Notes: generated from the sequence alone by a model not told the origin. A stretch of 64,000 nucleotides of DNA from Candidatus Pacearchaeota archaeon (GCA_041659265.1 JBAZYP010000001.1:192817-256816); one strand, 5' to 3'. Shown: positions 36,838 through 45,182, counted from the stretch's first letter. Program-made: numbers and translations.

Positions 36838-37929
36838 TTATTTTGAATAAAAGTTTTCTATTAATAATGGACAAAGGCTTTGACATTTATTGCATCCTGC
36901 ATTACTTGATTCTGGATTGCAACTTCTTTTATGATTTCTTTCATGAGTTATTTTTCTATCCATTTCTTTAAGATAATCTAATCTGCACATATCTCCTGCA
37001 TGAACGCTAGTTAAAGTTGAAATGATTCCTTGTTCAGTATCAGCTAAAGTCGGAAAACCTACATGTTCTCTTGGTGGAATAGTTGTTATTTTACCTACAT
37101 TATACATGGCCGCAAATGCTGCTCCACTTGCTGAAGCATATTGATCACAATTATTGTTTACTTCTGTAACAATGGGGCCTAACATTTGGAATGGGACATA
37201 TGAACCATATTCTTCTCTTAGTCTAATTATTCCTGGGCCTATATCTGAAAGTGGTTGATGACTCATTGGTTCAACAATTGCTTGCATACCTATTTCATCA
37301 GCTATTTTATATAATCTCATTTGTTCAGAAAGTTCCCATAGGTGAGTTTTATCATAGGCTTCTGTTACTCCATTTGGTCTGAATGTAGAACCTATATGCA
37401 TAGTAACATTATATTCTTTGAATAAATTGAACATGTCATCTAGTATTGGTAGATAAGGACTATTTACATTATTTTTCATCATATAATTTAATAATACTCC
37501 GCCCTGTCTACTTGTTGTTAATATGTCTCTTTTTCCAATTTTATCTAGATCTGATAATCTTAGTGGAACAAGATTCATAGTCATATAATCAATTCCACCT
37601 AAAACTGAATCTTGTATTTCTTTGAAAAGTTTATCTGGAGTAACTTCTCCATTGTTTTCAACTGAAACCAGAATCGGTGCAACTTTTCCAAATGCAATAT
37701 TTGGGTAATTATCAATTCCATATCTCCAAAGTGGATAAGGAAATCTTTTTGTACTCAGGTCAATTATTGTATGGACTCCAAGTCTAGCTCCAATTGATAT
37801 TTTTTCTTTTTCATTTTCTATTTGTTCTTCTGAATTAGCACCTATAATTAGATTTATTTTTGTTTCTAAATCTTTTCCAACACCAATTCTAACTTGGTTC
37901 ATTTTGTTTCCTATTGTTATAATATCCAT
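36838..37929 (-). CDS. Divergent ThiC/BzaF-superfamily (radical-SAM-type) enzyme
   Basis: It is colinear with the ThiC blocks. NANIGNS matches 'NLIIGANS', DLSTGG matches 'IDLSTKR' and GVDFMTIHAG matches 'GIDYMTMNL'. GIVSRGGS matches 'TTSRQGG', GDGLRPG matches 'GSTFRPNG' and EGPGHVP matches 'EPMSHQP'. 'PFQMLGPIVTE', 'PREHVGFP' and a C-terminal 'CNKCQSLC' are also present. Confidence 0.7.
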   Translation of the reverse strand: MDIITIGNKMNQVRIGVGKDLETKINLIIGANSEEQIENEKEKISIGARLGVHTIIDLSTKRFPYPLWRYGIDNYPNIAFGKVAPILVSVENNGEVTPDKLFKEIQDSVLGGIDYMTMNLVPLRLSDLDKIGKRDILTTSRQGGVLLNYMMKNNVNSPYLPILDDMFNLFKEYNVTMHIGSTFRPNGVTEAYDKTHLWELSEQMRLYKIADEIGMQAIVEPMSHQPLSDIGPGIIRLREEYGSYVPFQMLGPIVTEVNNNCDQYASASGAAFAAMYNVGKITTIPPREHVGFPTLADTEQGIISTLTSVHAGDMCRLDYLKEMDRKITHERNHKRSCNPESSNAGCNKCQSLCPLLIENFYSK

Positions 37930-37932
37930 TTT

Positions 37933-39225
37933 TTATTTTCCATTTTTCATTGATTGAATATAAGGAGATAAAAATGAGCAAAGATAGCCGTCAAATATAG
38001 CTCCTGCTCCAGTTATGTTTCCTTTTCTTTTATTAGGGGGAAGATATGTTGCAGTAATACTTGTGGTTCTTTTAGAGTCTTTTTGATTTCCAAAAACAGC
38101 ATTATACTCCATGGAGTTATTAACATGAATTTTATCGTCATAATATTGATTCAATTCTTGCATATTTTTTACATGCTCTCCATGTTCTATATAATAAGTA
38201 GTTGCATAACATGCAAGTTTTACTAATTTTTTGATTTCACCTTTAAATTCAAGGTTAATACTTGTTCCAAGATAGAGTTTTATTCCAGCATGAGAATGAA
38301 CAACAACTAATCCCTCAAAATTCATATCTTCTAGTTTTTCTGTTCTTGATTTGTTTTCATTGCACATTTTAAGACCTTGATGCAACTGGTCTTCTTCAGC
38401 CTCATTTATTGAAAGAATATCTGCTCTTCTTGCAACATCGAAATATCCATTTAATTTAGGAAATTCATTATTAGTAATATATTTTGAAAAAGAGTTTGTT
38501 CCAATAAATATTCCTGCATTAGGATTTTTAGATTTTATATAATCGATTAATGAATGATAATCTTTTGGTTCTCCTTTATTTAATCCTCCAATTGCAACTA
38601 AAGTGCCCTCATCATCCGGAATATGGATATTAAATTTATCATTTAATTTAAGATTTTTTAATTCTCTTCCTTTTTTATCCGATAACATTAATTTGTACTT
38701 TCCATTTTCTAAGCATAATGTACTTGGTTTATAGTCATTAGGAACCGAATGTCTAAATAAATCTTCTAAATTTTTTTCTTTAATAAACTCTTCAATTGAA
38801 TTAGGTCTTGAACCACAATAAATTGTTCTTGCATTTCCAAATTCTTTATATGCATGATAACCTGCTCTAGCTGAAATTGCTGGACTTCCTCCTAATTCAG
38901 TTTTAACAACATGGCTATTTGATAAGTTTAAATCCGTTCGTGGTCCATTTCTAAAATTTTTTACTTCATCTTGAATAATTTTACCATCTAAAGAAAGCTC
39001 AATATCAGAATTTAGTCCTTTTTCAATAATTTCTTTAAAAGTTTTAATATTATTTTCATTAATATGTCCTCTTTTCAAATATTCTTGAGTTATATTATTT
39101 AACTCTTGATCAGTTACTTCAATTTTATAATCCATTGTAGCTTCTGTAATCCATGCAACAATTGGATTATGAAACATATTTTCTTCCATTAAGGTTTGTT
39201 CAAGACCTTTATGAATATTTATCAT
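37933..39225 (-). CDS. ADP-dependent sugar kinase-like protein (ribokinase superfamily)
   Basis: 'ELGGSPAISARAGY' resembles GGNAGIMAN, 'LSINEAEEDQL' resembles the NExE motif, and 'ITGAGAIFDGY' resembles the GxGD anion hole. Confidence 0.5.
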   Translation of the reverse strand: MINIHKGLEQTLMEENMFHNPIVAWITEATMDYKIEVTDQELNNITQEYLKRGHINENNIKTFKEIIEKGLNSDIELSLDGKIIQDEVKNFRNGPRTDLNLSNSHVVKTELGGSPAISARAGYHAYKEFGNARTIYCGSRPNSIEEFIKEKNLEDLFRHSVPNDYKPSTLCLENGKYKLMLSDKKGRELKNLKLNDKFNIHIPDDEGTLVAIGGLNKGEPKDYHSLIDYIKSKNPNAGIFIGTNSFSKYITNNEFPKLNGYFDVARRADILSINEAEEDQLHQGLKMCNENKSRTEKLEDMNFEGLVVVHSHAGIKLYLGTSINLEFKGEIKKLVKLACYATTYYIEHGEHVKNMQELNQYYDDKIHVNNSMEYNAVFGNQKDSKRTTSITATYLPPNKRKGNITGAGAIFDGYLCSFLSPYIQSMKNGK

Positions 39226-40643
39226 AATAATTCCTCCAATCTTTTTTGTAATTTTTCTCTTAAACCGGGTTCTATTTTATTTAATTCATTAAAGACTTCT
39301 TCTAATTTTTTTTGAGCTTTTGATTCGTTTCCTTTAATCCAGTTTAAATTTAGTGTAAGACTATTTTCATTACTTGATCCTCTGATAAATAGTCCATATT
39401 CATTATTATCAATCCTTATTCCATCATCATTTGGATAAGATGAATATGAATTAATTTTTGATAATTTATTAACTAATTCTGCTGAGTTATTTTCTGTATC
39501 AACTCTAATTTCAGGATAAAATCCTCTAATTTCTGAACCCATTTCTTTAATTTTTTCTCTTAATGTTTTATTTTCATTTTTTAATTTTTGACTAAGATGA
39601 ATGAATTCGAAGGTATTATAGACTCCATCATCAATTCCATCAGGTCCAAAATTATGTAAGGAAATTTCAGAACCTGGAATTAAATTTTCTTTACATATTG
39701 GAATAATATTATTTCTTCCTCTTTTTCTTTCAATTACTTCAATACCTCTTTTATTAAGATAGTCTTTAATAATCGAACTTACACAATATTCTGTTACAAA
39801 TTTATCACATCCAGAAAATTCAGCTCTTAAAGCTGAAATAATAGGTGGAGGAACCAGATAGTCATCAATTGCTAAACCAAATCTATCTCCATCCCCATCT
39901 ACAATTGCTATAAAATCATGTTCTAAAATATCCTTTATAGATTCAGATAACTTTTTGAAATTATCTGGATTTGATGGATCTGGTGAACCGGAAGTTAATC
40001 TAAAAAATGGATTAGGAGTTTCTCTAAATGAATAATATTTAACTCCTTTTCTTGATGCTAATTCTTTAAATATTTCAAACGAGGTTCCTTGTAATGCATC
40101 ATATATTATTTTTGAACCAGATTCAATTACTCCTATTTTTTTATCTAATCTATCGATATAATCTTCCTTAAGCAATCTTTCTGCATATATCACCTTTGAT
40201 CCATTTCTAATTTCATTCATTAAATGAGCTAGTTTTGGTTTATTAGATAAAGAATTAAAAATAAGTTTTATTCCATTAAATTCAGGTCTTTGATGAGAAG
40301 CAGTAATCATTGCTCCAGATATTCCTAATCTTTCCCTTTCAATATCAAACATTGGAGTAGTATTATTATATCCTGCATAAATAACATTAATACCTTTTTT
40401 GGTAAGTTCTTCAGTAAGTTCATCTATTATAATTGGAGTATTTATTCTTCCATCTCCTGAAAGCATGAAATATTTTTCATTTCTTTCTAATAATTTATTA
40501 GCAATGTTATTTCCAATAAAACTAAATGATCCCTTAGGAATATTTTTTCCTCTAGAATCTAATTGATGATAACCATTATCTAATTTTGATATCTTTTCAT
40601 ATAATTTAGCAAGTTTATCGAATTCAAATGGATTGTATTGCAT
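39222..40643 (-). CDS. Phosphohexomutase (PGM/PMM family)
   Basis: Active-site loop 'AMITASHQRPEFNGIKL' and metal loop 'VDGDGDRFG'. It is the first gene of the operon. Confidence 0.8.
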   Translation of the reverse strand: MQYNPFEFDKLAKLYEKISKLDNGYHQLDSRGKNIPKGSFSFIGNNIANKLLERNEKYFMLSGDGRINTPIIIDELTEELTKKGINVIYAGYNNTTPMFDIERERLGISGAMITASHQRPEFNGIKLIFNSLSNKPKLAHLMNEIRNGSKVIYAERLLKEDYIDRLDKKIGVIESGSKIIYDALQGTSFEIFKELASRKGVKYYSFRETPNPFFRLTSGSPDPSNPDNFKKLSESIKDILEHDFIAIVDGDGDRFGLAIDDYLVPPPIISALRAEFSGCDKFVTEYCVSSIIKDYLNKRGIEVIERKRGRNNIIPICKENLIPGSEISLHNFGPDGIDDGVYNTFEFIHLSQKLKNENKTLREKIKEMGSEIRGFYPEIRVDTENNSAELVNKLSKINSYSSYPNDDGIRIDNNEYGLFIRGSSNENSLTLNLNWIKGNESKAQKKLEEVFNELNKIEPGLREKLQKRLEELL

Positions 40644-41088
40644 AAAGAAGATAAAAATTCTTTTAATTTATTTGTTGTCCATATCTTTCCTTATCAAGAT
40701 AGTATTACAGATATAGGATATCTTCTCCAAGTGAATATATTTTTCAATATTATTATAAAAAGGGATATTGAAAACTAGTGTGAATATATTATATAAGAAA
40801 TTAAAAAATTTATAAATAAAAAATATATAGTTTTTAATTTATTAGGAATAAAATTATTTTATTGTTTTATTATTAGTTTGAATAATATTTATTATAAATT
40901 ATATAATAATAGAAGAAATCAATAGATATTATTCCTTTTTAATAGATTAAATTATTGAATACTTATTAAGGTATAAATTTAATTCTGATCCTTATTTATG
41001 ATTTTTATATATTCTAGAATATATTAAATAGGTTTAAAATATAAATAGCTAATATATTTTAGTATATTTTCACTAGTGAATATATTGG

Positions 41089-41104
41089 GAAAGCTTTAAA
41101 TATA
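41089..41104 (+). promoter_or_regulatory. BRE/TATA-like box (GAAAGCTTTAAATATA)
   Basis: The same 16-mer as at 2163-2178. It lies 4 nt after a GTGAATATAT/TTCACTAGTGAA site and about 130 nt upstream of the ATG at 41235. Confidence 0.45.
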
Positions 41105-41234
41105 TTCTTTCTATATAATTGTAAGTTAGGGCTTTTTATAGAGTATAAAAAGCAAAAAAATAAGAGTCCAATATAAAGAAGGACTATGAAAACATCATGT
41201 TTTCAAGCCCTCCGTTTTATAATATAACAACAAA

Positions 41235-42236
41235 ATGAAACGTAGGATAATAAAACAAGGCCATAACACGCTAACCATAACCTTGCCCTCAGAGTGGTCA
41301 AAAAAACTAAATCTGCAAGCAGGGGATGAAGTTGACTTATTAGAGGAATCTGGTACACTTGTCATAAATGGGAAGCAGAATAATGGTTTTAAATCAACTA
41401 CTTTAGATATTACTGGTTTTTCTGTACCTATGCTTTGGAGATTTTTTCAATCTGCTTATAGGGAAGGTTATGATGAAATAAGAATAAAATATGATCCAAA
41501 TGTTACTGAATATGAAGGGGTCTATAATTATTATGCAACTCATTTTGATTTTTCAAGAATAGGTGGAAATTTTACAAAAAAATTACCTGCTATTGAAATG
41601 TTAACTGATTTAGTCAATAGATTTATTGGCATGGAGATAATTGATCATGGTGAAGGATATTGTGTGATAAGAGAAATGGGAGAAGTTTCAGCAAGAGAAT
41701 TTGATAATTCATTACGAAGGATTTTCTTATTATTGATTGATCATTTTGATAAAGTTATTAGTGTTATTAAGAATAATAGGATCAATGATATGATGATTTG
41801 TAAAACAATTTATGCTATGGATATAAATGTTGATAGATTTATTGATTATTGTTGTAGAATAAATAATAAAATTAAAGATTCGAGTTTTCAAAAGAATAAA
41901 CCAGTTATGTTTTCTACATTATTTTTAATGGAATTAATGGGTGATGAATTCAAGTATATAGGTACTCATATTGCAAAATCCACAAAAAAAATTGATGAAA
42001 TAGTCCCTTTTATAGAGACTGTTAAAGAACATTTTGAAATGTATTATCATTTATTTTATAAGTTTAATAGAGAGAATGTAATTAAATTTGGATTAAATGA
42101 TTATAAGATATATAATGATCATTTTAAATGGAAAGAATCTAAGAATAAAGATGCTCAAAGTATTAGAAGACATTTTATGCAGATATCCAAATTCATATTC
42201 TGTTTAATGGAACTCAGGATTGAAATGGAGTTTTAA
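41235..42236 (+). CDS. AbrB/SpoVT-domain plus PhoU-like transcriptional regulator
   Basis: The N-terminus 'MKRRIIKQGHNTLTITLPSEWSKKLNLQAGDEVDL' is an AbrB-type swapped hairpin. The helical C-terminal ~200 aa resembles archaeal PhoU-like regulators. Confidence 0.65.
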   Translation: MKRRIIKQGHNTLTITLPSEWSKKLNLQAGDEVDLLEESGTLVINGKQNNGFKSTTLDITGFSVPMLWRFFQSAYREGYDEIRIKYDPNVTEYEGVYNYYATHFDFSRIGGNFTKKLPAIEMLTDLVNRFIGMEIIDHGEGYCVIREMGEVSAREFDNSLRRIFLLLIDHFDKVISVIKNNRINDMMICKTIYAMDINVDRFIDYCCRINNKIKDSSFQKNKPVMFSTLFLMELMGDEFKYIGTHIAKSTKKIDEIVPFIETVKEHFEMYYHLFYKFNRENVIKFGLNDYKIYNDHFKWKESKNKDAQSIRRHFMQISKFIFCLMELRIEMEF

Positions 42237-42452
42237 TAAATTTATTTCACTAAAGTGAAATTAGATAAAAATAGCTATTTTATCTTAAATGAATTAAGAT
42301 AAAATAATTTTTAAGTTAGATTAAATAAAAATTTGTGAAGTGTTTAGAATATAAAAATAAAAGAATTTTATTATAATTCTTAATTAATCAAAATTTCTTT
42401 ATTATTTAATCTATAGTAAACATTACCGCAATCTTTAAAAGGGGATTTAATA

Positions 42453-43196
42453 TTGATATCGAATATAAAATCCATTAAAATGATAGTTAAAAAACAGAAT
42501 AGCGTAGTAGATAAACAGGATACACAGAAAGATTTAATTCAACCAAATCAGATTTTGTTTAAACTTCCTGCATATGGGCCTGCTGATTATTATGCTTTAG
42601 GTCAGCAGATATTATCAGATGAATTAATTCTTCCAAGTGGTGAAGAAATTGCGAAACTTGTCCATAAATCTTATTGTATCAAAGAGTCATTAAATGAACC
42701 TGCATTTGAATATATTAGAACAGTTTTAAATGAATCACCTATTTCTATTTTTAATATTAATTATTGGACTGATATGGGGGTTTTTGTTTTTCCTGATATT
42801 AAAGTAGAGGGAATATATAAGAATGTTAAACAAAAAGAACTTGAAAAAATTTTGGAAAATGGAATTGAGATAAATAATGTTTTGTTCAGCAAGAATAGTA
42901 AATTTAGATTTGCTCCAAAGTGGAGCTATTATCTTGGAGAGCAGAATCATGAAAGTATAATTAATGATGGATATTTTATTGCTCAATTTGGAATTGAAGG
43001 TGCTAGAAGATTAAGCGAATTAGTTAAAATAACTGGAAAAAAACCTATTTCTTATGGATTTGATATTGAAGAAGGAAATCAACCAAAATTAAGGGTTTCA
43101 TTATTAGAAATTGAAAATGATAAAATTCATTTTGTTGGAAATAATGAATTTGGTTCTATACGTGGAAGAACTTTTGGAATTCAAGGGTATTTGTAA
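42453..43196 (+). CDS. Hypothetical protein
   Basis: A 247-aa ORF listed with a TTG start. An in-frame ATG (MIVKKQN) lies 27 nt downstream. Confidence 0.4.
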   Translation: MISNIKSIKMIVKKQNSVVDKQDTQKDLIQPNQILFKLPAYGPADYYALGQQILSDELILPSGEEIAKLVHKSYCIKESLNEPAFEYIRTVLNESPISIFNINYWTDMGVFVFPDIKVEGIYKNVKQKELEKILENGIEINNVLFSKNSKFRFAPKWSYYLGEQNHESIINDGYFIAQFGIEGARRLSELVKITGKKPISYGFDIEEGNQPKLRVSLLEIENDKIHFVGNNEFGSIRGRTFGIQGYL

Positions 43197-43267
43197 TTAT
43201 TATTTTTAAAATTTATTTTAATTAGTAATCTTTAAAAGATTGATTATTATTCTATAAACATAAATTT

Positions 43268-43340
43268 AGCCCCATAGTATAGTGGTCAAGTATACGAGGT
43301 TCTGGACCTTGTGACCCAGGTTCGAATCCTGGTGGGGCTA
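43268..43340 (+). tRNA. tRNA-Gln (anticodon CUG)
   Basis: Hand-folded cloverleaf: acceptor AGCCCCA/TGGGGCT, D arm GTAT-AGTGGTCAA-GTAT, anticodon arm CGAGG-TTCTGGA-CCTTG, T arm CCAGG-TTCGAAT-CCTGG, discriminator A. No CCA is encoded. Confidence 0.85.
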
Positions 43341-43350
43341 TAAACAAATC

Positions 43351-43369
43351 AAAATCCATTTTGGATTTT
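43351..43369 (+). terminator. Hairpin with T-run after tRNA-Gln
   Basis: AAAATCCA-TTT-TGGATTTT, a perfect 8-bp stem 11 nt after the tRNA 3' end. Confidence 0.35.
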
Positions 43370-43486
43370 GAGATGTTACGAATATCCTGGATGAGAACCG
43401 TAGGTATCGAATCCCGAGCATCTTTCACCTTGACAAAATATTTTTTTAATTAACAAGATGGGAGTGCGAGTTGGCGGACGCTATAA

Positions 43487-43522
43487 ATTAATTAAATTTG
43501 AGAAAGCAAATTTAGATTAATA
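43487..43522 (+). repeat. 36-nt direct repeat, copy A
   Basis: ATTAATTAAATTTGAGAAAGCAAATTTAGATTAATA is identical to 43635-43670. It can fold internally (TAAATTT/AAATTTA). Confidence 0.8.
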
Positions 43523-43634
43523 TCATAAACTCAGGAATTCGAAACTGGGGAACCCGGGGCGAATCCCGAGTAAAAGGACTTTTAGTAATTTAAATTAAAA
43601 TAAGAAAGCACTTTTAGGAGCTAGTGGGGCTATT

Positions 43635-43670
43635 ATTAATTAAATTTGAGAAAGCAAATTTAGATTAATA
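43635..43670 (+). repeat. 36-nt direct repeat, copy B
   Basis: Identical to 43487-43522. It is preceded by GTGGGGCTA, which equals the 3' end of tRNA-Gln. Confidence 0.8.
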
Positions 43671-43704
43671 CTTTAATTTAGCTTAATACTATTTTTTAGA
43701 GATT

Positions 43705-43720
43705 CGAAAGGTTTTTTATC
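43705..43720 (+). promoter_or_regulatory. BRE/TATA-like box (CGAAAGGTTTTTTATC)
   Basis: Same pattern as 23206-23223. It is centred about 28 nt before the TTG start at 43744, so the transcript may be leaderless. Confidence 0.4.
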
Positions 43721-43743
43721 TCAATTATATTTTTTATATTAAA

Positions 43744-43932
43744 TTGAAATGTATTTTATGTAAACAACAAATTGAGAAATATAATCCTATTTTTAATAGA
43801 TTAAAAATAAATGAGCTTAATGAAGTAGATATTTGTGAAGATTGTATAAAGAAGTTCTTTAATTGGCAGGGTGAATTATATGCAAAACTATTTCCTACTG
43901 AAGCTATGAAAAAGAGATTTGGGAAAAAATAA
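43744..43932 (+). CDS. Small zinc-ribbon-like protein
   Basis: 'CILCKQQ...DICEDC' gives two CxxC pairs. The ORF is 62 aa with a TTG start. Confidence 0.4.
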   Translation: MKCILCKQQIEKYNPIFNRLKINELNEVDICEDCIKKFFNWQGELYAKLFPTEAMKKRFGKK

Positions 43933-44007
43933 AATTTGTATAAATTATATCCCTTTATAGTAGTTACAAATAGTAAAATTTAAATATAAGTTTTACTTAG
44001 ATATTAT

Positions 44008-44301
44008 ATGGCAACAATGAATCCTTCGTTAGAACATTTGAATTTAACAGTTGAAAAACTTGTTGAAAAAGCAAATATATTTATGGATAAATATGAGACT
44101 TCAAGCGACTCTAAACAAAGAGCAGATCTTTTACATATGGCCTATGGAACGTTATATAGGGAAGTTCCTTTTATAGCAGGTATTGATTGCGATCCGAGTT
44201 ATATTCCTGAAGCAGAAAGTTCTCGATTAAGATTTTTAAGTCTTGTTTCAGTACCTAGATTTAAAGAAGATGAGAAAATTTGTTCTGTTTATATATTTTA
44301 A
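44008..44301 (+). CDS. Hypothetical protein
   Basis: A 97-aa ORF with no motif. Confidence 0.35.
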   Translation: MATMNPSLEHLNLTVEKLVEKANIFMDKYETSSDSKQRADLLHMAYGTLYREVPFIAGIDCDPSYIPEAESSRLRFLSLVSVPRFKEDEKICSVYIF

Positions 44302-44305
44302 TAAT

Positions 44306-44469
44306 TTAGATAATTTTAAACACTACTAATGCAATATAAATCTGAACAATAAGAATTAACTTCGTTAGATTACCTTAAAGACGACTAATGCAATATAAAT
44401 CTGAACAATAAGAATTAACTTCGTTAGATTACCTTAAAGACGACTAATGCAATATAAATCTGAACAATA
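44306..44469. repeat. 59-bp tandem repeat (~2.8 copies) duplicating the 3' end of the CPBP protease gene
   Basis: The ACTAAT phase marker occurs at 44325, 44384 and 44443. The full copies at 44325-44383 and 44384-44442 are identical by eye. The last partial copy is the real gene end. Confidence 0.8.
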
Positions 44470-45104
44470 TCTACAAGGATATGAATTAACCAGCATGAAA
44501 AAAGGTCTTTATATTTTTCAAAAATATAACTTGCAAATAAGGAATAGATTATTAGTCCTAATGTAACTATTATTGTAATTGGAAGATTGAACCAAGAATA
44601 ATAAAAAATTACATGGTGAAATGAAAAAGCAAGACCTGTTAATAGGTATGAACTTATTCTATTTTTTTTGTTTAATTCTTTAAAAATAAAACCTCTCCAG
44701 AAGAATTCTTCTAGAATTGAATTAATAAAAATAATATATAATCCAATAAATATAATATTAGTCGAATTAATATCTGCAGATGATTTAAGATTATTTGCTA
44801 TATTATCAAGATTTAAATAATTTTTAAAAATCAAAAATGCTGACAAATAAATTAATGATAAGAATAAACCTAATAATAACACTTTAAAAAAATTCTTTTT
44901 GAATATTTTATAATGGAAGTCTTTTTTTATTATATTTAATAATGGTTTTTTCAAAATAAAATATCCATAAAAGATGGGAAAAAGGAATATTAGTTTATAA
45001 ATTGAAGAAATGAAATAATTTGAATTAAGAAAATTATGAACTAATAATAGGATTATTAGGGGTAATATTAATAATACATATATCAATAAATTTTTTTTAT
45101 TCAT
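44424..45104 (-). CDS. CPBP-family (CAAX-type) intramembrane protease
   Basis: 'EEFFWRGF', 'FSFHH' and 'HILVD' motifs in a multi-TM protein. Confidence 0.75.
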   Translation of the reverse strand: MNKKNLLIYVLLILPLIILLLVHNFLNSNYFISSIYKLIFLFPIFYGYFILKKPLLNIIKKDFHYKIFKKNFFKVLLLGLFLSLIYLSAFLIFKNYLNLDNIANNLKSSADINSTNIIFIGLYIIFINSILEEFFWRGFIFKELNKKNRISSYLLTGLAFSFHHVIFYYSWFNLPITIIVTLGLIIYSLFASYIFEKYKDLFSCWLIHILVDIVQIYIALVVFKVI

Positions 45105-45182
45105 TTAATTTATACTTCTTTTAAGTTAATAAATCTTTGAAAAATATTTATATATATCTTATTACTTGATAAAAGATAAAAA

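Noticed and set aside
41128-41211. The 84-nt three-hairpin element as a tRNA or tRNA-like gene.
   Set aside because: It has no GTTCGAAT-type T loop, no D-loop GG and no 7-bp acceptor stem. The stems are AT-rich and of the wrong lengths.
43371-43632. A complete second tRNA (intron-containing, split or permuted) assembled from the T-arm-like and acceptor-like pieces.
   Set aside because: I could not build a cloverleaf. The T-stems pair over only 3-4 bp, no anticodon arm or matching 5' acceptor strand is present apart from that of tRNA-Gln itself, and no convincing bulge-helix-bulge motif was found. It is kept as a finding only as tRNA-derived fragments.
44306-44469. Possible CRISPR array, from the regular 59-bp periodicity. 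The two 36-nt repeats at 43487 and 43635 were also considered.
   Set aside because: The 59-bp units are contiguous with no unique spacers and duplicate a gene's 3' end. The 36-nt repeat has only two copies with a 112-nt spacer. No cas genes are in the window.
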